From IMG/VR virus record IMGVR_UViG_3300042883_000146, positions 1 through 62,045 of that record: a stretch of DNA of 62,045 bases, one strand, 5' to 3'. The stretch is from a virus. Its lineage: Duplodnaviria > Caudoviricetes. Below are positions 56,901 to 62,045 of the stretch, piece by piece (within the stretch, counting starts at the first letter, position 1; each line of letters begins with the position of its first letter). A program made the translations under genes and the position numbers. The notes beneath the pieces are model-generated. The model was not told the origin of the DNA. It saw only the letters and a list, made by a program, of their open reading frames with translations, and made no database searches.

Positions 56901-58924
56901 TATATAAAAAGTTTATTTTTTCGTTTAGGAAACATTCCTCTACTCTCTGTGAATAATCTATTTTTTTGTTTTGTGTTAAACATTGATTCAATTCTACCAT
57001 CTCCACTCTTTCCTATTTTTCCCATAATAGGATCCATTTTCATGGCTAATGCTACAGCTAACTCTGCAGCAATGATTCTATCAAAGTTACCCATCTCATT
57101 ATATTGTATCATTTCTTCTAATAGAACAGGATCAAATATCTTCACCATACCCTTTGTTTCAGAAATGATATTACCATCATCATCTTTCTCAACATGTAAT
57201 ACATCTTCTGTGTATTTCTTTAAACATCCATGCAGAAAACTTCTAATCTTATCAGCAGATCTATGTATACCATAATCACGTCTCACTGTTGTATTAGGTA
57301 CTATTTCTTTTAACCAATCTGGTTGACGTTCTAGATAATGAGCATCTCCTTTAGCTATCATATAATCTATAAAGGATATTTCATCATTCTCGCATAGTGT
57401 GCGAGCATTGTAATATTTAATAAGAAGTCTAGCTTGTTCTTCCCAAGTTTCTTTCTTGTCTGGTCTAGCTGTGTAAGATGCTACAAACATATCTTGATAC
57501 TTCTCACCAGATATAGCATGCATACGTTTATATATGTATACAGATCCTAATGAACTAGAATATGCAGACTTACCTTGTCTATATGGATCCACTCCTGCAA
57601 CATACAGTCCATAAGGAGGGGCTTCCATAGGAAACTCATATATAACTATAGGAGCATCTTTCTCATCTGAATTTTTTAAAGGAAAGTTAGATATAGGAAG
57701 TTTATCTGTAAACTCGTGTTTGATATTTCCATCATCACTAAATAATATAACAGGTGTTCCTGTTCTTTCATTTTGTAACAGTCTGGTTTTCTGTCTCTTA
57801 GCAGCTTCTATATCAAATATATTTGTATCTTCATTCAAGAATATATCATCCACTTCAATTGGATAATACATCTTTTCTTTTAGATAGGCCATCCTATCTC
57901 CTGCTTTCTTCAGTCTTTCTAAATTAGATGTAACAATTTCTGTAGCTTTTTCTTCATTAGAAACAAGCATGGTTACATTGTGTAAATCACTTTTAGCATT
58001 AGCATTTAAATACTCACCTAATGAAGAATCTTCTTTAGCTTCCATTCTATATTTATTAGAAATGAATAAGCCATGTATTCTTTTTGAGTCTTTATCGTTA
58101 TTGTATTCTAAGAAGTTGAAGTTGTTTACATCAAACATTAAACTCTTGGCATCCATAAATTTCTTCATGTCACCTCCTGTACCTGTAAGAATAGGACTAC
58201 ATCCCCAACCAAATGGTGTTGTAAATCCTGGAGTGGCAGCTTGTAGTCCTCTTAAGAAAGATCCTTTACCTATCTCATCAATGATGAGCTTTCTAGGTTT
58301 TGTACCTGCAATAGCTTCCTCATTGTTTCCCTCATCTAAGTTACGTATAATGATTTGTGAGAAAGGAATTCTCTCTCCTCCTCTGGTCTTGATACCAAGT
58401 GTCACTTGATTCTTCCAGTTGTCCTCAATTCTTTGCCATCTCCATGCTTCAGGGATGAAGTTGAGTCCTTTATCTATCTTATCTGTAATAAGCTTTATAT
58501 CTGGAGCATTCAGTCCAGCAATAATATTCTGTGAGTTTTCATCAAATGTAGCACCCCATGCAATATAGGAGCTTTCAATAACAGACTTAGCTAAACGTCT
58601 AATGCCTAGAATAACTAAACCTTTCTTTTCATTTTGAGCTCTATCTATTTCATTAGTTATCACCCACTCATTATCTCTAAGAAGAGGATTAGCATATTTT
58701 TGTGATATCCTTCCTCTATCATCTATAACATCCACTTCTGTATGCCATATGTTTAAATGCCAATATAAAAATGGATTAATGTAAACACCATCCATCATAC
58801 ATCCATTCAGACATATCTCTTTATGAAATTCAAAGAAAGCATCATACTCTTGACTAGTCTTATCAGGAAGTCTTTTCTGATTTATAAACCAATCATGGTA
58901 ATCAATGCTAATTAAATCTGTCAT
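56900..58924 (-). CDS. terL: Terminase large subunit
   Basis: GIRRLAKS (Walker A-like), LIIDEIGK (Walker B), LTGTGG, VAGVDPY and NFDRI nuclease motifs. Confidence 0.92.
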   Translation of the reverse strand: MTDLISIDYHDWFINQKRLPDKTSQEYDAFFEFHKEICLNGCMMDGVYINPFLYWHLNIWHTEVDVIDDRGRISQKYANPLLRDNEWVITNEIDRAQNEKKGLVILGIRRLAKSVIESSYIAWGATFDENSQNIIAGLNAPDIKLITDKIDKGLNFIPEAWRWQRIEDNWKNQVTLGIKTRGGERIPFSQIIIRNLDEGNNEEAIAGTKPRKLIIDEIGKGSFLRGLQAATPGFTTPFGWGCSPILTGTGGDMKKFMDAKSLMFDVNNFNFLEYNNDKDSKRIHGLFISNKYRMEAKEDSSLGEYLNANAKSDLHNVTMLVSNEEKATEIVTSNLERLKKAGDRMAYLKEKMYYPIEVDDIFLNEDTNIFDIEAAKRQKTRLLQNERTGTPVILFSDDGNIKHEFTDKLPISNFPLKNSDEKDAPIVIYEFPMEAPPYGLYVAGVDPYRQGKSAYSSSLGSVYIYKRMHAISGEKYQDMFVASYTARPDKKETWEEQARLLIKYYNARTLCENDEISFIDYMIAKGDAHYLERQPDWLKEIVPNTTVRRDYGIHRSADKIRSFLHGCLKKYTEDVLHVEKDDDGNIISETKGMVKIFDPVLLEEMIQYNEMGNFDRIIAAELAVALAMKMDPIMGKIGKSGDGRIESMFNTKQKNRLFTESRGMFPKRKNKLFI

Positions 58925-59256
58925 TTTCTATTCTTTAACCACCTCTCAGCCATTGATGACATTTCACCATTGCCTCTCACCTCCACTTTAGCTTCTTCTG
59001 CTTTACGTAATTTATCCACCACTTCTAATAGGGCTAGATAGTTTTTCATTGTTTCTTGAATAAACTTACCTTGAGATTCAATGGATGCAATCACCATAGG
59101 CATTGTTCCACCTCTAGCTGTAGGTTTCCATTCAATCCTATCTTTAATGACATTGAGGGGATTGGCATCAACATAAGCTTTCCATGAACTAAGCTGTTCT
59201 TCAGCCCAATCAAGTTCAGTGTTAATGTATGTAGTTTTGTTAGTAGCTTTCGCCAT
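58921..59256 (-). CDS. Hypothetical protein, candidate small terminase subunit
   Basis: Helical 111 aa overlapping the terL start by 4 nt; function from position only. Confidence 0.45.
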   Translation of the reverse strand: MAKATNKTTYINTELDWAEEQLSSWKAYVDANPLNVIKDRIEWKPTARGGTMPMVIASIESQGKFIQETMKNYLALLEVVDKLRKAEEAKVEVRGNGEMSSMAERWLKNRK

Positions 59257-59521
59257 TATCTTCTTCTTCTAAGATGTTATTTAAATTCATTCCATCTCTA
59301 ATAATATCTTCAATATCATTAGAATGTTGCACATCTAGTTCTAATTCAGTTTTGTATTTTGTAAGAATGTATAACAATTCTTTATCTGATATTCCCCATG
59401 TATCTCCTTGCCCATCAAGGGCTGTTGATAAATGCTTTCCTAAATTATATGTAGGAAAACTATTATGTAACTCATTGAGCAAATCTATTATCTGTGTGTA
59501 ATAGTTTGTTTTGATTCTCAT
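59240..59521 (-). CDS. Hypothetical protein
   Basis: 93-aa ORF in a tightly packed operon. Confidence 0.65.
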   Translation of the reverse strand: MRIKTNYYTQIIDLLNELHNSFPTYNLGKHLSTALDGQGDTWGISDKELLYILTKYKTELELDVQHSNDIEDIIRDGMNLNNILEEEDNGESY

Positions 59522-59526
59522 GTTAT

Positions 59527-59799
59527 TTATATTAATTGGTTTAAATCGTCATCAGATAAATCAGATGATTTTAATTCTTCCTCGTCATCAGTTTCTTCAA
59601 AATCAAAATCTTCCTCATCAGCCATGTAGTCTTCACGAACATGAATACCAATGATGTCTTGTTCAACATCTGGAACACCTGAAATATCTATATAATCAGC
59701 TCCCTGATTGTAGATTTCTTCTAATGTCTCTAAAAGTCTTTTTAAAGGAATCTTCTGAAGAATGATTGTTTTCTTATTTTCCTCCATCATCATTATCAT
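59527..59799 (-). CDS. Small acidic hypothetical protein (start probably at MEENKK)
   Basis: Very acidic C-terminus; operon packing. Confidence 0.65.
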   Translation of the reverse strand: MIMMMEENKKTIILQKIPLKRLLETLEEIYNQGADYIDISGVPDVEQDIIGIHVREDYMADEEDFDFEETDDEEELKSSDLSDDDLNQLI

Positions 59800-60079
59800 T
59801 TGTTTTAAGAATTTCTTGCTCTTCTATTAAGCTCATTAATGCCATCCATTGACCTATTGGACATTCACAAGATAGACATTTTGTTTTAGCATCTATATTA
59901 CATCCACAATGTGTGCAATGATCGTCTGGTCTTATTGGTGTATGGTGATGTTTTGAATGAAAAGCACATCCATTACATATCACTGTTCTCTCCAGAGATG
60001 TCTTTTGTATCAGGTCTTTTAATGCTGCTGGTGGAAGAAGCTTATTCCTCCATCCCTCATAAATCTGATTTAATTTCAT
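59774..60079 (-). CDS. Cys-rich putative metal-binding protein
   Basis: ICNGC...HCTHCGC..DAKTKCLSCECPIGQW. Confidence 0.7.
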   Translation of the reverse strand: MKLNQIYEGWRNKLLPPAALKDLIQKTSLERTVICNGCAFHSKHHHTPIRPDDHCTHCGCNIDAKTKCLSCECPIGQWMALMSLIEEQEILKTNDNDDGGK

Positions 60080-60428
60080 TGTTGGTGTTTATTTTTGGTT
60101 TTAATACACTTATGTTTAATACAGCACTTTCATATTTTAGTCTTGCATTATTACGTCTTTGTTCTGATAGAGAATCATCATCCATCAACCTCTCAAAGAG
60201 AGCTTTTTGCGAAAGAAGCTTTTCCATCTTCTTAATAGCCTTCTTATTATTAAATATAAACTTACCAAATCCAGAAATCTCAACACTTTTAGTAGATGTC
60301 ATGGCTTGGGTGGCAGACTGAAACTGATGCGAAACAATAGCATCTAATGTAAACTCAGGAATCAACATCTTTACAGACATTTTCCTTATCAAGAAGTCTT
60401 TAACGGTTAAACTCTTAGGCCTCTCCAT
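60057..60428 (-). CDS. HU/IHF-like DNA-binding protein
   Basis: Two N-terminal helices then SVEISGFGKFIF, the HU-family signature. Confidence 0.7.
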   Translation of the reverse strand: MERPKSLTVKDFLIRKMSVKMLIPEFTLDAIVSHQFQSATQAMTSTKSVEISGFGKFIFNNKKAIKKMEKLLSQKALFERLMDDDSLSEQRRNNARLKYESAVLNISVLKPKINTNNEIKSDL

Positions 60429-60777
60429 GTAACAATTTAATATCTAACATAACATCATTACTAAAATTCAAAAGAATAACAGGATTCACTTTAATCTTAC
60501 TCCCATCCTTCACTAACACACCCATTCTTTTCAACTTAGAAATAATGTTATTAATTGTAGCACTTGTTGTATCATGCTTCTTACAGAAATCTTCTCGTAT
60601 ATACTTATAAGACATATTACCACTAATAGCTGTAAAAGCTATCAATTGTATTTCTCTTTGTGTAAGCTTTAAATTGTTAATTGCTGAAAGAATAGCATAA
60701 TACTTCTCTGCTAATAGAAAACTATCATCTCTAACCAACTTAAGCTTCTGAACAATTGTTTTTTTGGTTTGTTCCAT
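60415..60777 (-). CDS. Winged HTH DNA-binding protein
   Basis: LTQREIQLIAF...TTSATINNIISKLKRMGVLVK...IKVNP. Confidence 0.7.
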   Translation of the reverse strand: MEQTKKTIVQKLKLVRDDSFLLAEKYYAILSAINNLKLTQREIQLIAFTAISGNMSYKYIREDFCKKHDTTSATINNIISKLKRMGVLVKDGSKIKVNPVILLNFSNDVMLDIKLLHGEA

Positions 60778-60797
60778 AATCTATTACGTAATTAATA

Positions 60798-60828
60798 CAA
60801 AGATAGAGCATTAATAACTATTCTCAAA
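60798..60828 (-). promoter_or_regulatory. Consensus Bacteroidota sigma-A promoter TTTG-N19-TATCTTTG at the head of the late operon
   Basis: Exact -33 and -7 matches with 19-nt spacer, 20 nt upstream of ATG 60777. Confidence 0.75.
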
Positions 60829-60853
60829 TACAATAATTTGATGAATAGCTATA

Positions 60854-61102
60854 TTATGCATTAATATCTTTATGAAACAATACATTAAAATTCACTAACA
60901 CTAACCCAATTGTCAATCTATCTACACATTGATACAAATCTTCATACGTTCTATCATACGATACACCTAGATTATAATAAGGACTATCCAACATATTAAT
61001 CTCCACTAACATCTCCACCTTAATATTCCCATACATTCCATAATATACAGATGATACAATCAATATAAGCATTACAACTAACAATACTATTATTCCATTC
61101 AT
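60854..61102 (-). CDS. Small protein with N-terminal hydrophobic helix
   Basis: MNGIIVLLVVMLILIVSSVYYGMY; -7-like TAAATTTG at 61172-61179. Confidence 0.55.
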   Translation of the reverse strand: MNGIIVLLVVMLILIVSSVYYGMYGNIKVEMLVEINMLDSPYYNLGVSYDRTYEDLYQCVDRLTIGLVLVNFNVLFHKDINA

Positions 61103-61372
61103 GTTTGTTTGTGAGCTTTTTTATAGTTCCCACCCTCCACCCTCAAAGGTCTACATGTTAAACGAGATAACCAAATTTATTTTAAAAATAATTTTTTTTC
61201 AAAATATAGGGGGGCCTATGTTGGGGAGAGAGTTGACCACTTCATCTTAAGACCCCCCAAACAAATTGCGTGGTGGGAGTGTCCCCCCACAAACTATCCA
61301 TCCAAAAACCCTTTGGATAGTTTAATTTATTAACTTAAACCTTGTGGTGTACAGGCAACCACACAAAACAAC

Positions 61373-61768
61373 ATGGCTAACATGACACAAATACTAAGCG
61401 GTAATTTCTCTAAAGGCGAAAATGCTAAAGGTAATTTCTCAGGCTACGATTCAGAGGGCGATAGAATCTTCATCTTCAAAGCTCAAATGGAGGGATTAGG
61501 CATCAAGACAGATGCAGACTTCAAACCTTTCTTTGCTTTAGTTAAAGCCAAACCTATCCAAGTGAGAGATGCTGAGGGCGAATTAACTGACGTAATAGAG
61601 CAACGCTTACAAGCTACAGCTGTCTTCAAGACTGAGGCAGAGCTTTACAATGCTAAGAACTCAAGCAAACGTCTTGAATTGGGTGCAATGCTTGACCTGC
61701 AAAAGACTGCAAGTGCAAGTGGCTTAAGCGAATCGCAAATGGATGCATTGCTATCTGCATCAATCTAA
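61373..61768 (+). CDS. Hypothetical protein, first gene of the divergent (probably early) region
   Basis: 131 aa, A-rich leader, visibly higher GC than the late genes, followed by a hairpin. Confidence 0.8.
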   Translation: MANMTQILSGNFSKGENAKGNFSGYDSEGDRIFIFKAQMEGLGIKTDADFKPFFALVKAKPIQVRDAEGELTDVIEQRLQATAVFKTEAELYNAKNSSKRLELGAMLDLQKTASASGLSESQMDALLSASI

Positions 61769-61770
61769 TG

Positions 61771-61810
61771 CAATTGGACTATCCTTAATGGGTAGTCCAA
61801 TTGTTATTAT
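61771..61810 (+). terminator. Hairpin terminator after 61373..61768
   Basis: CAATTGGACTA/TAGTCCAATTG perfect 11-bp stem followed by TTATTAT. Confidence 0.7.
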
Positions 61811-61990
61811 ATATATAGGGTGGGAGAATGTGTGCATTTATGGGTGGGCTATTTAAAAAACCCTGTTTAATTGTGTTTAAACGCATAAAATGATGGGAGT
61901 GTCATCCCTTCAGACATATAACATGCTCTTTTCAACATCATTAAATCAATACACTAATTAATATACATATAGCTTTAAACAAAGAAAACA

Positions 61991-62045
61991 ATGGTAAAGA
62001 CATTAACATTAGTTCCTGTATTAAGTGAATTAATATCATCTGGTG
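61991..62045 (+). CDS. Start of a 3'-truncated ORF (MVKTLTLVPVLSELISSG...)
   Basis: ATG after an A-rich leader; open to the window end. Confidence 0.45.
   Translation, partial: MVKTLTLVPVLSELISSG

Larger units (their letters stand above)
1..62045. mobile_element. Segment of a crAss-like (Crassvirales-type) phage genome: late/structural module plus the start of a divergent region
   Basis: Order terminase-portal-acidic protein-MCP-ring proteins-IHF-like-muzzle-cargo-giant DFDID-type RNAP matches the crAss-like layout; no cellular housekeeping genes; Bacteroidota-type promoters. Confidence 0.92.

Noticed and set aside
16497-58924. Introns or inteins in RNAP, terminase, portal or capsid genes
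   Set aside because: ORFs are uninterrupted and no intein splice or homing-endonuclease motifs were recognised by eye; a profile search would be needed to exclude them fully
59911-60321. 136-aa plus-strand ORF
   Set aside because: Antisense to two better-supported minus-strand genes (HU-like and Cys-rich)

Overview
The window is about 62 kb of an AT-rich crAss-like (Crassvirales-type) phage genome. Promoter elements of the TTTG-N19-21-TAnnTTTG type point to a Bacteroidota host. Almost everything from 2014 to 61102 is one minus-strand late/structural block. In transcription order it holds small regulatory genes (HTH, HU/IHF-like), large terminase, portal, acidic scaffold-like protein, major capsid protein, ring/auxiliary-capsid/hub-like proteins, collar and DUF1566 fibre proteins, a metallophosphoesterase, an IHF-like protein, a split muzzle/tail-stabilisation gene, cargo proteins, a 3937-aa virion RNA polymerase polyprotein (GSDFDIDKL motif), a 1903-aa polyvalent protein, Gly-Thr-Ser repeat fibres and two S74-chaperone tail fibres. 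At the left end is a 5'-truncated plus-strand gene fusing a GT-B glycosyltransferase to an Aah/TibC-type protein O-heptosyltransferase. At the right end a divergent plus-strand, probably early, region begins. Best lead: a candidate virion O-glycosylation system, pairing that transferase with (GTS)n repeats and poly-Thr tracts on many virion proteins. Other leads: a tRNA-like structured RNA after the capsid gene, a muzzle gene split by one in-frame TAG, a shared Cys-rich N-terminal module in four fibre proteins, DNA-level joint repeats in the fibre genes, and conserved late and early regulatory motifs. All family calls come from motif recognition and synteny; no database searches were run.
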